From Myxococcales bacterium (GTDB lineage Bacteria > Myxococcota > UBA727 > JABDBI01): a DNA stretch of 64,000 nt. The DNA lies in contig JAHFEF010000001.1 of NCBI GenBank assembly GCA_023248545.1, positions 150,329 to 214,328 of the forward strand, written 5' to 3'. Shown piece by piece: positions 29,202 to 38,623 of the stretch (the first letter of the stretch is position 1; every line of letters starts with the position of its first letter). Below the pieces are notes generated by a model. The model worked only from the letters and a program-made list of their open reading frames with translations. It was not told the DNA's origin and did not search any database. The position numbers were made by a program, and so were the translations under genes.

Positions 29202-30956
29202 ATGCTCAGAATAATCATGATGGTGTTCCTAGTTTGCTCCTGCAGCGATCCCCGTAGTAACGGTGCAAGTGACAATCTAAGCGCTGACAACGTTCCATCC
29301 AACCCATTGAGTTTTTACGCCGAATTTTGGTATGCAACAAGCAACAGCCTATTGCCCGATGATAGCGTTTCGACTGTAACAGTCCAAGCCGTTGACTCCA
29401 AAGGGACGCTTTCCACCGTTTTATTTAACTGTACCAAGAACTTTTATTGTACTTCGAATAATCCATTGCCAGATGGCATCTACCTGGTAACAACCGATTC
29501 AACGAAGTCTAACCCGAAACAAGCCCATTTATTCACCCTGGGGACGGGACATACCACCGCGGGCACTCAATTGGAACCCGTCAAAATTACAACATTTGAT
29601 GAAAACATCAGCACGTACATTCTGGGCTTGATGAAAACCGGAAGTTATGATTTTCAGACGGCTTTTGTTTCCAAAAATACACAGTATGCGAACCCATTGA
29701 GAATGTTTTACGAGGACTATTACTACACCAATTTGAATAATACCCCTACTTTGACATCGTTGGGCACCTATTTGAGTAAAAACCCCGCTGTTTTTTTTGA
29801 ATTTGTTACAGCACCTACGCAGTCTCAGATACAGTGTAGCGAGCTACCCATCGAGGTTCCATTGGGTGTTCCCGGAATTGGCGTCAGTGTTAACATCAAT
29901 CAGACCTCTATTTACAATTTTACAACCGGTTCATCAGATGGAGTAGCACGGGTAACGTATACCAATGCCTTTCCGGGTGATTCAATCGCATTTTTAGTGG
30001 GGGAAAACCCATTGGAAGACTTTTTTGGCAGTGCCATTGCGTGCAGCATCCCTGATTGCCCCATCAACGGGTCGACGGTCAGCGGCTGGGTCACCACAAC
30101 GAGCGGAGCCAGTTGTCAGGTATGTCCAGCTAATAGCATCAGTGTGAAAAACCTCTGCCAAACCTGTGGCCCATTAAGCGACCGAGAAACTAACAACGCT
30201 TGCCATTGTGGTACAGGGCCTGTTTGCGGCGCCACTTTTTCGAATAATTGCACCGATGGCAGTTGTCAGTGCGGAACTGGGCCCCAGTGTGGCAGTCAGA
30301 ATTCTGATGGTTGTACAGGTGGAGCTTGCCTGTGTGGCAGCAATCCAGCGTGCAGCGGCTCCACAGACACTTGTACCCAGGGTGCTTGTTTTTGTGGCAC
30401 TGGCCCCGCGTGCACTGGAACCACAGACACCTGTATCAATGGGTCTTGCGTTTGCAAGGCAAACAACAACCAACCTTGCAACAGCCGCTCGGCCCCAGTT
30501 TGTTCATCGGTAGGCTGTGGGTGTGGTGACAATGGTGTGCGATGTTCCTCTGAAGCATCCTGTTTTATCGTACCTGTGGGTGATAGCCCATCCGGCTATG
30601 CGTGCAGTTGCTCGTCCAGCTCGCAATGCGCCAGCGGATTAACCTGTCAGCTAGATCCTCAGACTGGACTCCAATTCTGTTTGAGCGTTCCCACAGGATG
30701 CGATCTTCGTAACGCGGGCAACTTCCCCAATGGTTGTTCCTGCAAAACCTCATTAGATTGCCAATACCAATACTGCGCCGATTCATCGGGTCAGTCGTTG
30801 ACTGCATGCGCAACCGGGCTTGCGTGTACCTGTCAGACCCAACCTTCCCAACCTTGCACGGGTTGCAGTTGCTATACCAACCCAAACGATTGCACAAACA
30901 GTCCATTGGGGTGTGCTTGGGCGCCATCTCCTTTCAACTTGTGTTCCCCTGGATAA
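29202..30956 (+). CDS. secreted Cys-rich protein, paralog of 26379..29192 at its N-terminal domain
   Basis: The N-terminal domain aligns with the upstream gene (NPLPDGIYLVTTDSTKSNPKQAHLF versus NPLADGAYLITTNSTSSSPPQAHILIF). C-terminal repeats of the form CxCGTGPxCxxxxxxCxxGxC. Confidence 0.7.
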   Translation: MLRIIMMVFLVCSCSDPRSNGASDNLSADNVPSNPLSFYAEFWYATSNSLLPDDSVSTVTVQAVDSKGTLSTVLFNCTKNFYCTSNNPLPDGIYLVTTDSTKSNPKQAHLFTLGTGHTTAGTQLEPVKITTFDENISTYILGLMKTGSYDFQTAFVSKNTQYANPLRMFYEDYYYTNLNNTPTLTSLGTYLSKNPAVFFEFVTAPTQSQIQCSELPIEVPLGVPGIGVSVNINQTSIYNFTTGSSDGVARVTYTNAFPGDSIAFLVGENPLEDFFGSAIACSIPDCPINGSTVSGWVTTTSGASCQVCPANSISVKNLCQTCGPLSDRETNNACHCGTGPVCGATFSNNCTDGSCQCGTGPQCGSQNSDGCTGGACLCGSNPACSGSTDTCTQGACFCGTGPACTGTTDTCINGSCVCKANNNQPCNSRSAPVCSSVGCGCGDNGVRCSSEASCFIVPVGDSPSGYACSCSSSSQCASGLTCQLDPQTGLQFCLSVPTGCDLRNAGNFPNGCSCKTSLDCQYQYCADSSGQSLTACATGLACTCQTQPSQPCTGCSCYTNPNDCTNSPLGCAWAPSPFNLCSPG

Positions 30957-30957
30957 A

Positions 30958-30999
30958 CTATGGCCGTATTGCTTCTTGCGTAATATCCACGCCTTTGAA
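30958..30999. repeat. 42-bp direct repeat, copy B (immediately downstream of the Cys-rich gene pair, overlapping the 3' end of the small membrane-protein gene)
   Basis: Same 42-mer as copy A. Copies lie 4667 bp apart in direct orientation. Confidence 0.7.
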
Positions 31000-31236
31000 G
31001 ATCAGCAGCAAAACGGCCACGGGGAATAGAAAAATCCCCCAGAAATAGAGCCAGAACCAACTGCCGTGATATCGAAAGCCAAATCGCGAGCCGCCATGAA
31101 CAAAGTAGCCTCTTCGGATGAACATCAAGACGCCGAGTGGCAGCAGAATGATCAAGAAAAAGATGAGAAAAAACAAGTTGCCCTCGTAACGGACGGGGGA
31201 TGAAAATTTGACCGTGGTTGTTGAAACGTCGTTCAT
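30958..31236 (-). CDS. small 2-TM membrane protein, translationally coupled to the M8 protease gene
   Basis: 92 aa with two strongly hydrophobic helices. ATG 31236-31234 overlaps the TGA stop of the upstream gene as ATGA. Confidence 0.4.
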   Translation of the reverse strand: MNDVSTTTVKFSSPVRYEGNLFFLIFFLIILLPLGVLMFIRRGYFVHGGSRFGFRYHGSWFWLYFWGIFLFPVAVLLLIFKGVDITQEAIRP

Positions 31237-33074
31237 GGACCGACCATAGCATAGATGGCTGAAACGAGGGCAACCGTGAAGGCCATAATTGTGTCGAAGC
31301 CACGAGCGCTGCTCGGTGCGGGTGGCGGCGGTGCCGGGGGTATGGGTTTTGGGGTCGGCGCAGCCGTTGTGGTGCTGGGCGGTGGTGCCGGTGGCATCGG
31401 AGCAGGTGCTGCCGTGCTGCTGCTTGCGCTCGGCGTTGGACCTGGGATGCTCGACTGAGCGCACAGCGTCGAAGCGGCTGGGCAGTTAATATAACCCTGA
31501 TAGCCAGATTGGATGGGTGATAGATTGGCTGCCCCTGCGCTACCGTCGCTGGGACACGACACAGTTGTTCCTTGAATGTTGAGGAGCAGTGAGCCTGTTC
31601 CAGAACAGGAGTACTTCAAGCAACGGGCGCCTTGTGAATCAGCAACAAAGCCGTTTTGAATCAAGTTGGAGTCGAAGCACCGACTGCTGGAACCGTAGGT
31701 GGCTCCAAAAACATTTTGAGAGTCTGTGGTCGCAGGATCGATGCAAACTCGATTGGAATAGCCAACCACGTGGGGGCAGTAGTCCGCTAAATCAATGGCT
31801 CCTCCTAAATTCGGGTTTGCAAAATATTGTTCGTAGCTAGGGAGAGCCGAACTGTATTGAGCCAGGAAGCACTGTCCGATGGCGGTCAAGTCCTGCGTAC
31901 AAAGCTGGGTTTGACTGTTTTGTGTCCAGCACCATTCACCCAGGTCTCTCACGGCAGCGTCATTGCAAGAGGAGAGTGCGAAGTTGCAGCCTTTGCCTTT
32001 TCCCCACGTGATAGGGTCTGCTTGAGAGTAGTTGGCTCTGTAGTTGCCCGTGTCTTCAAAGAAAGCCAATGTCATGCGGGAAAAATAAGCCCGTGCCGTG
32101 CTAATTTCACCCACCATGGCTTCGGGGACTAAGATTCTTTTTTCCCAGTGTGATCCCGCGGTGCCGCTTCCCCCTTGGTCTTCGATCTCAAGGCCATTGA
32201 GGGTGGGGCAATTGAAATGAGCCCGGGCTTCAGCCAGCACACGCGGTGAGTTAATTTTAGACACCATATGGCTTCGCTCAGAGATCGTGAGTGTCCCCCC
32301 TGCATGAAATGCATCGTCGAGTCCAAGATAGCCCCTTGAACTAAAAAATGGCGCAGAGAAACCCAAAGCATGGGTGGCTTCGTGTTTGGCTGTGACGATA
32401 TCCAAGTCAGTTTGTATAGAATTTTGAGTGTCAGCGTTTGTTAGAACCGATGGAATAAAATTAATTTGTGCGGCAACGGGTCGGCCATTCCCGTCTGTTC
32501 GACAAGCGACTGCCCAGGCCAGGACGTTGGAGTTAGGATCTCTTGCAGGTGCGGCGGAGACATAAATCACCAAATCGGTATTGGGGATGCCTGTGGTGGT
32601 GTGCGCAGCGGGCACCACAATGCCTGGAGAGACACCACAGGTTGAACCTTGTGAAGAGCCCGATATGACCAAATTACCCATGACGGGGTTTACCTGGAGC
32701 GTGTTTTGAAACCAAGCCTGAGCTTGGGCCAGAACGGTGTTTAACAAATATGTCTTTTTACTGGGTGTGAGCACGTCAACACTGCGACAAGCCTGGGTAG
32801 TTCCTTCAAAATTCGTGACGGTTTGTCCAATGCTTTCGCAGTGTGCGCAGGTGCCCGCTGAGCAATCTCCGGGATCAAACACCACGGTGATTCGAATGGG
32901 GGACCAGGTCAGTTGTGGGCCCCCGGGACCGGGGGCCCAGAGGGAGTAGGGGACCCTGATCGTGTCGGGGTCTCGAAATGTGCTCCAGTTTCTGACATCA
33001 TCGTGGGTGCAGGTATAGTTCTGAGCATAAGCGCCAAGCGATCCGAGCAACAAGAGCAACAATTGATAGACCAT
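31233..33074 (-). CDS. leishmanolysin (peptidase M8, GP63)-like secreted zinc metalloprotease
   Basis: Signal peptide. HEATHALGF (HExxH) and a downstream SHWEKR third-ligand motif. Pro-rich linker and C-terminal hydrophobic tail. Confidence 0.8.
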   Translation of the reverse strand: MVYQLLLLLLGSLGAYAQNYTCTHDDVRNWSTFRDPDTIRVPYSLWAPGPGGPQLTWSPIRITVVFDPGDCSAGTCAHCESIGQTVTNFEGTTQACRSVDVLTPSKKTYLLNTVLAQAQAWFQNTLQVNPVMGNLVISGSSQGSTCGVSPGIVVPAAHTTTGIPNTDLVIYVSAAPARDPNSNVLAWAVACRTDGNGRPVAAQINFIPSVLTNADTQNSIQTDLDIVTAKHEATHALGFSAPFFSSRGYLGLDDAFHAGGTLTISERSHMVSKINSPRVLAEARAHFNCPTLNGLEIEDQGGSGTAGSHWEKRILVPEAMVGEISTARAYFSRMTLAFFEDTGNYRANYSQADPITWGKGKGCNFALSSCNDAAVRDLGEWCWTQNSQTQLCTQDLTAIGQCFLAQYSSALPSYEQYFANPNLGGAIDLADYCPHVVGYSNRVCIDPATTDSQNVFGATYGSSSRCFDSNLIQNGFVADSQGARCLKYSCSGTGSLLLNIQGTTVSCPSDGSAGAANLSPIQSGYQGYINCPAASTLCAQSSIPGPTPSASSSTAAPAPMPPAPPPSTTTAAPTPKPIPPAPPPPAPSSARGFDTIMAFTVALVSAIYAMVGP

Positions 33075-33110
33075 GTTGCGGTTAACACCAGAAAATGGTC
33101 GTTTATTCAG

Positions 33111-34250
33111 ATGGCCAAACTCAAAATCAAACTCGTGCGCAATTTGCGCCGGTCTATCTTACGTGGGCATCCCTGGGTTTACAAAGATGCAATGGTTTCT
33201 CCTGGAAATATCGAGAAGGCACAGCTTTGCCAAATATTGGATCAAAAAGGCGAACTCGCGTGGGGATTTTATGACCCACACAGCGTCTTAGCCGTGCGTA
33301 TTTTGAGTGTAGACAAAGCGCCGCCTTCAGAGTTATTTTTTGAAAAGCGATTCGCCCGAGCTTGGGATTTACGGCGAGGAGTTCGCGCTTACGAAACAGA
33401 TGCTTACAGGCTTTTGAATGGCGAGGGTGATGGGTTGCCTGGTTTGGTGTGCGATCTCTATGGGTCTGTGGCTGTGCTGCAATTCGATGGCCAGGGGCCT
33501 CGCGAATTTTGGGACCAGGATTTAATTAGGCGATGGCTTTTGGAAAATACACCCTGTAGAACAGTAGTCGAGAAAGAGCGTCGTCACGCAGAGCAAAAAA
33601 TAGAGTCCCCTGAAGTCCTGATACTAGAAAACAGTGTGAAATTTCGGGTCAACTTAGAGAAGGGCCAGAAGACGGGCTTTTTTTTGGATCAACGAGACAA
33701 TCGAGAGTATGTTCGGCGTTTCACACGCCACAAGAGTGTGTTGAATTTGTTTAGTTATACGGGCGGGTTTTCTGTGTACGCCGGCCTGGGCGGTGCTTCG
33801 CGCGTCGCAAGTTTGGATGTTTCGAAAGGCGCTCTCGAACTGGCTGAACAAAATTGGATGTTAAATGGTCTAGATCCGAGCAAGCATAGTAGTTTATGTG
33901 TCGACGTGTTTGAGTATCTTCGTGAGAACAACGAGTTTTGGGACTGTCTAATTGTCGATCCGCCCTCGATGAGCCATTCGAAAGACCAAAAAGAATTGGC
34001 CATCGCGAAATATGTTGAGCTGTTTACGGCCGCTGCCAAGCGCGTGAAGCCTGGCGGCGATTTATTTCTGAGTTCGTGTTCCAGTCATATTGGTTTCGAT
34101 GATTTTTTCGGGATGATTGAAGAAGCACTATCGGGGGCCAGGAGGCGAGGGCAGGTTTTGCGTGTGTCGGGGCAGGGGCCTGACCACCCCTTCCCACATG
34201 CGTGCCCGGAGCTCAGATACCTCAAGTTTGTGCACTTAGCGCTGGACTAA
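33111..34250 (+). CDS. rlmI: 23S rRNA m5C1962 methyltransferase RlmI-like (PUA-SAM MTase)
   Basis: Start at MAKLKIKLVRNL. DLYGSVAVLQ. SAM-dependent methyltransferase C-terminal half. Confidence 0.8.
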   Translation: MAKLKIKLVRNLRRSILRGHPWVYKDAMVSPGNIEKAQLCQILDQKGELAWGFYDPHSVLAVRILSVDKAPPSELFFEKRFARAWDLRRGVRAYETDAYRLLNGEGDGLPGLVCDLYGSVAVLQFDGQGPREFWDQDLIRRWLLENTPCRTVVEKERRHAEQKIESPEVLILENSVKFRVNLEKGQKTGFFLDQRDNREYVRRFTRHKSVLNLFSYTGGFSVYAGLGGASRVASLDVSKGALELAEQNWMLNGLDPSKHSSLCVDVFEYLRENNEFWDCLIVDPPSMSHSKDQKELAIAKYVELFTAAAKRVKPGGDLFLSSCSSHIGFDDFFGMIEEALSGARRRGQVLRVSGQGPDHPFPHACPELRYLKFVHLALD

Positions 34251-36362
34251 ATGCTTTCTAAAATACCCCGCCATGCGTTCCCAGAGCTTTTCGGTGAACG
34301 CTGGGTCTAAAACCAGGTGTGTTTGGCCTACCAATGGCAAGAATTCAAAGTCTTTGCCGGCTTTAAACAGCGCATCAGCGAGCTTTAAGCTGTGCCTAAA
34401 ATACACGTTGTCGTCGTTGGTGCCGTGTACGAGCAACAGGGGGTGTTCTAGCTTGTCGGCGTAGGTTAACAACGACGCTTCTTGATAGGCTTTTGGGTTA
34501 TCTTGGGGCAGTCCCAAATAGCGCTCCGTGTAGTGCGTATCGTAATCTTCCCAATCTGTGACCGGCGCACCGGCGACAGCAGCTTTAAAAATATCAGGGC
34601 GCTTTAACACGGCCAAGGCTGCCATCGTGCCACCAAAAGACCAACCAAAAATTCCGACGCGGCTGAGATCCAATTCAGGAAATTGCTTGCCGAGTTCTTG
34701 TAGACCTGACACTTGGTCGTCCAGAGGCACGCTGCCAAAATTTTGGTAAAGCGCGCGTTCCCAATCGTGTCCTCGATTTGGCGTCCCACGATTTTCGATG
34801 GCAACGATGACAAAGCCTTGATTGGCCAGCCATTGGTCCAACAGCCAGTTGCGCATGGCGAGCACGACATGATTGTGACCCGGACCGCCGTAGACATCGA
34901 CCAACACGGGGTATTTTTTGTGAGGGTCAAAGTTCTCTGGCCTGATAATTACAGTTGTTTTTCCAAATTTAACTTGAGGCACAAATGGGGGTGTTTCGGC
35001 CACCGACGGTAGCTCGCCGATCAGCTTGCCATTGGATTTGTGCACGGTAGTTTGAGGCATTTGAGTGCTGGTGCTGCTCGTGAGCACGAAAATCGAGTTG
35101 TCTTTGGAAAACACAGCGCTGTTTTGTCCCAGGGTTGTGCTGAGGCACTTGTGGCCAGGTAGACTCCATAATTCTGACGACATTGGGTTTTTGCTCGCCA
35201 AGTAAGCATCTGTAGAGACAAGGCGCTGGAAGCCTTGGGTGCTTGGCACGAGAATCTTTTTAAGCTTACCCGTGGGGTCGCGTAATTCGAGTTGTGGCCC
35301 CGGTGCGAGATCGCTGACCCAGAGGAAGCCTTTGTGGTTTTGCAACCAGCGAGGAGCGTCTGGGTGCAAGTTGATCCAAGTGCTGTCTTGCTCAGTGATT
35401 AACGGTGTTGTTTGGCCGGTAATCGGATCAATTTTGAGCAGGGCTAATTCTTGTTGGAGGCGAGACTGAACGACGAGTGTCGGTGGACCATTTTTTTCCC
35501 AGCGAACTTGGGCCACATAAGGATATTTTTGGGTGTCCCAGCGGATCCAGGTGGTCTCGCCGCCAGTGCCTGCAATCAACCCCAGTTTTACAGAGACATT
35601 GGTTTTGCCAGGTCTGGGATAATAAAATGGCTGAGCAGCCTGGTCGGGCTTGGCAGGGTCTGAGATGTGCCAAACTTCGACGCCAGAGGCATCGGCTTCT
35701 TCGTAAATAATTTGCTGGTTATCCGGTGACCACCAATATCCTGAAAATCGGGACATTTCTTCTTGGGCCACAAACTCAGCCAGACCGTGGGTTTTCTGTG
35801 CTGTTCCTCCGGTGGTGAGCCTGCGTTCTGTGCGGGTGCTCAAGTCATAGAGATAAATATCATTGTCGAGGACATAACTCACGGTTTTGCTGTCCGGTGA
35901 GAACTTGGGATCTAGGAGTGTGCCGGTTCCTGTTGCGAGTTTTTTCACGGTGTTATCGGAACGATTTAAAACATAGAGCTGTCCGGAAAGAGTTAACAAG
36001 ACCCGAGAGCCGTCGTCGAATATTTGATAGTTGGTAAACCCAGTAGAACTCACCCGCATGCGTTCACGGCGTGCCTTTTCTTCTGGAGTCAGCGTTTCTG
36101 GTGTGTCTCCCAGTACTTGCTCAGGCGTCAAAAGCTCACGTATTTTTTGGGAGCTGACATCGAATTCATACAGTGCCAGGGAGGTATCTCGGGGTTTTGA
36201 ACGTAGAAAGAGAACCGCGCTGCCATCGGGTGTGGGTATGGCTTGGGTAGGTCTGCCCAGCATAAAGCCGCGTGTTTGTGCATAGTCCCGCAGGAAATGT
36301 GTCTGTTGACCGAGGGCCATGAAGCAAAAAATCAGCGACGATAATAAAACTAACTTTTTCAT
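34236..36362 (-). CDS. S9-family dipeptidyl-peptidase/prolyl oligopeptidase
   Basis: Signal peptide, beta-propeller N-terminal half, GWSFGG nucleophile, Asp/His in the C-terminal hydrolase domain. Confidence 0.85.
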   Translation of the reverse strand: MKKLVLLSSLIFCFMALGQQTHFLRDYAQTRGFMLGRPTQAIPTPDGSAVLFLRSKPRDTSLALYEFDVSSQKIRELLTPEQVLGDTPETLTPEEKARRERMRVSSTGFTNYQIFDDGSRVLLTLSGQLYVLNRSDNTVKKLATGTGTLLDPKFSPDSKTVSYVLDNDIYLYDLSTRTERRLTTGGTAQKTHGLAEFVAQEEMSRFSGYWWSPDNQQIIYEEADASGVEVWHISDPAKPDQAAQPFYYPRPGKTNVSVKLGLIAGTGGETTWIRWDTQKYPYVAQVRWEKNGPPTLVVQSRLQQELALLKIDPITGQTTPLITEQDSTWINLHPDAPRWLQNHKGFLWVSDLAPGPQLELRDPTGKLKKILVPSTQGFQRLVSTDAYLASKNPMSSELWSLPGHKCLSTTLGQNSAVFSKDNSIFVLTSSTSTQMPQTTVHKSNGKLIGELPSVAETPPFVPQVKFGKTTVIIRPENFDPHKKYPVLVDVYGGPGHNHVVLAMRNWLLDQWLANQGFVIVAIENRGTPNRGHDWERALYQNFGSVPLDDQVSGLQELGKQFPELDLSRVGIFGWSFGGTMAALAVLKRPDIFKAAVAGAPVTDWEDYDTHYTERYLGLPQDNPKAYQEASLLTYADKLEHPLLLVHGTNDDNVYFRHSLKLADALFKAGKDFEFLPLVGQTHLVLDPAFTEKLWERMAGYFRKHLVQR

Positions 36363-36386
36363 GAAAACTGAGTTACAGGTTGCTGT

Positions 36387-36818
36387 GTGAAATATCAATG
36401 TGCGTTGCATTGCTGTTTGCTTTGTTTGTTGCTTTCTAGCGCTGTGCAGGCTGATGCACCACCCAAAATGCAGGTGGTCTCTGATTGTATGATTGGGCTT
36501 GTGGAGTTAGCTGGACTGCTCAGTAATTGCCCCTCTCTGGCTCCAAGATATTACCAAGGTAACTTCCCGCCGTGGTTTCAGTATGTGGGATGTGTTGGCG
36601 GATTCTTTGGGACGTTTTTTCAAACCAATATTTGTGTGGTCGATATAGTGAACTATTTTGGCATTAAAACACGGGCTTCTGAGCCGTATCGGCCGACCCC
36701 AAGCAACCCACAAGATTTACTGGACAGTCTTTCGGTTCTTCTGGAGGGCAAGGATACTGGGCCCCAGTTGACTGTGATTCTCCGAGCGGCACTTAATCTG
36801 ACTCAGGTAAAACCATGA
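36387..36818 (+). CDS. hypothetical secreted protein
   Basis: Signal-peptide-like N-terminus. Stop overlaps the start of the downstream arginase-family gene (ATGA at 36815). Confidence 0.35.
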   Translation: MKYQCALHCCLLCLLLSSAVQADAPPKMQVVSDCMIGLVELAGLLSNCPSLAPRYYQGNFPPWFQYVGCVGGFFGTFFQTNICVVDIVNYFGIKTRASEPYRPTPSNPQDLLDSLSVLLEGKDTGPQLTVILRAALNLTQVKP

Positions 36819-37762
36819 GTAAAAATTTTGATCCCAACGCGGCTTCCGAAGAAAATTCGGGGATTTTTGGCCTGCCCTGTATTGAGTCTGAGTCAAAACT
36901 CGTCTTTGTGCCGGTTCCTTGGGAGTTGACAACTTCTTATGGCAAAGGAACTGCCGAAGGGCCCGAGGCGATTTTAAGAGCCAGTAAACAAGTCGATCTT
37001 TATCACGCCGAACTTCACCGTGTGTATGAGAAAGGGCTTTATATGTTGCCCATTTCGACAGAAATTGCATCGTTGAATTTGCACCCTAAGGCGGAGGCTA
37101 ATTTTTTGGGGGAACAGGTTAATGCTTATGTCTACAAGAACACGGACAGACTCTTAGCAGAAGATAAGTTGGTTGGTATTGTGGGTGGAGATCACTCGTC
37201 GCCATTTGGGGCGATCCAAGCGATTTCTGAACGGTGCGATTCTTTTGGGATCCTACATCTGGATGCCCACGCAGATACGCGGGATGCCTATGAGGGGTAT
37301 ACTTGGTCACATGCGTCGATCATGCGCAATGTTTTAGAACATATCCCCCAAGTGACTAAACTGGTTCAGGTGGGGATTCGTGATTTTTGCGAGCAAGAAT
37401 TAGAATTTGCACAGGCCCAAAAAGACAGAATGCGGGTTCACACAGATTTCGAACTGATGCGGGCCAAATTCGAAGGGCAATCTTGGGGCGCTCAAACCAG
37501 CCGCATCATTGCCGACTTGCCCGAGAAAGTTTGGGTATCTTTTGATATTGATGCCCTGGACCCGCGGTTTTGCCCGAATACGGGAACGCCGGTACCGGGG
37601 GGATTGGATTTTCAAGAGGCTTATTATTTGATGTCAAACTTGGTTCGATCGGGCCGAAAAATTATCGGCTTTGATTTGTGCGAAGTTGGCAGCGCCGAGT
37701 GGGATGCAAACGTGGGTGCTCGAATGCTCTACCACCTAGCAGGCTGGGCGCTTGAGAGTTGA
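36815..37762 (+). CDS. arginase/agmatinase/formiminoglutamase-family ureohydrolase
   Basis: GGDHSSPFG, LHLDAHADTRD and SFDIDALDP manganese-binding motifs. Confidence 0.75.
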   Translation: MSKNFDPNAASEENSGIFGLPCIESESKLVFVPVPWELTTSYGKGTAEGPEAILRASKQVDLYHAELHRVYEKGLYMLPISTEIASLNLHPKAEANFLGEQVNAYVYKNTDRLLAEDKLVGIVGGDHSSPFGAIQAISERCDSFGILHLDAHADTRDAYEGYTWSHASIMRNVLEHIPQVTKLVQVGIRDFCEQELEFAQAQKDRMRVHTDFELMRAKFEGQSWGAQTSRIIADLPEKVWVSFDIDALDPRFCPNTGTPVPGGLDFQEAYYLMSNLVRSGRKIIGFDLCEVGSAEWDANVGARMLYHLAGWALES

Positions 37763-38623
37763 TGAAAAATAAGTTTCTTTGGCATGGTAGCTGCTTCGAA
37801 CAAATGGCCCGGCGTAGCAGGCTTCAAAGCCCAGCTGCTGGGCTTCGTGTTGCCAACGGGCATAGCTCTCTGCGCCGACATAACGGTCGACGGGCCAGTG
37901 TTTTAAGCTGGGGCGCAAATACTGCCCAATCGTGACAATTTGGACCCCTAAGTCGCGTATCAGAGAGAGCGTCTGTGAGACCTCGTCGTCCGTTTCACCC
38001 AGGCCAACCATGAGGCCGCTTTTGAGCGCCAAGTTCGGTTGTCGACCTAAATAAGAGAGCAGGCTGGTGGTGGTTGTAAAATTAGATTGTGGCCGGATTT
38101 GTTTGTACAGCCTGGGAACACTTTCGGTGTTGTGACCCCAAATATCGGGTTTGGCATCCAAGACGATTTGAATGGCGTCGGGGCGATTTTTAAAATCAGG
38201 CGTGAGCAGCTCGACGGTTACATGGGGGATTGTTTTGAGCGCTTGAATACAAGCTGCAAAGTGCCCAGCACCTAAGTCTTTCAAATCATCACGGTCGACG
38301 CTGGTGATCACAACATGTTCGAGGCCGAGCTCTAACACAGCGTTCTTAAGATTCTCAGGCTCATGGGGGTCTGGCAGGGCAGGTTTGGCCGTTTTGACCG
38401 AGCAAAACAGGCAACGCCGTGTGCAGCGATCGCCTAAAATCATAAACGTCGCTGTTTGATTGGAAAAGCACTCGGTGATATTGGGACATCGGGCCTCTTC
38501 GCAGACAGTATTCAAACGAGAGCGTCGGAGCAGCTTGAAAACTTGACTTTTGTTGGCCGTATGGCCAATGCCTTTGCGAAACCCCGGGGGCAATCGCAAA
38601 GGGGCATCTTGAGTCAGAAGCAT
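37736..38623 (-). CDS. lipA: lipoyl synthase
   Basis: CEEARCPNITEC auxiliary cluster. Radical-SAM CTRRCLFC. Confidence 0.9.
   Translation of the reverse strand: MLLTQDAPLRLPPGFRKGIGHTANKSQVFKLLRRSRLNTVCEEARCPNITECFSNQTATFMILGDRCTRRCLFCSVKTAKPALPDPHEPENLKNAVLELGLEHVVITSVDRDDLKDLGAGHFAACIQALKTIPHVTVELLTPDFKNRPDAIQIVLDAKPDIWGHNTESVPRLYKQIRPQSNFTTTTSLLSYLGRQPNLALKSGLMVGLGETDDEVSQTLSLIRDLGVQIVTIGQYLRPSLKHWPVDRYVGAESYARWQHEAQQLGFEACYAGPFVRSSYHAKETYFSSTLKRPAC

Noticed and set aside
31237-31464. Upstream extension of minus-strand ORF 30958..31464.
   Set aside because: It overlaps the M8 protease C-terminus in another frame. The ATG at 31236 gives a coupled 92-aa membrane protein instead.
32913-33110. 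Extension of the rlmI ORF.
   Set aside because: This N-terminal extension overlaps the divergent M8 protease gene. The conserved RlmI N-terminus starts at the Met at 33111.
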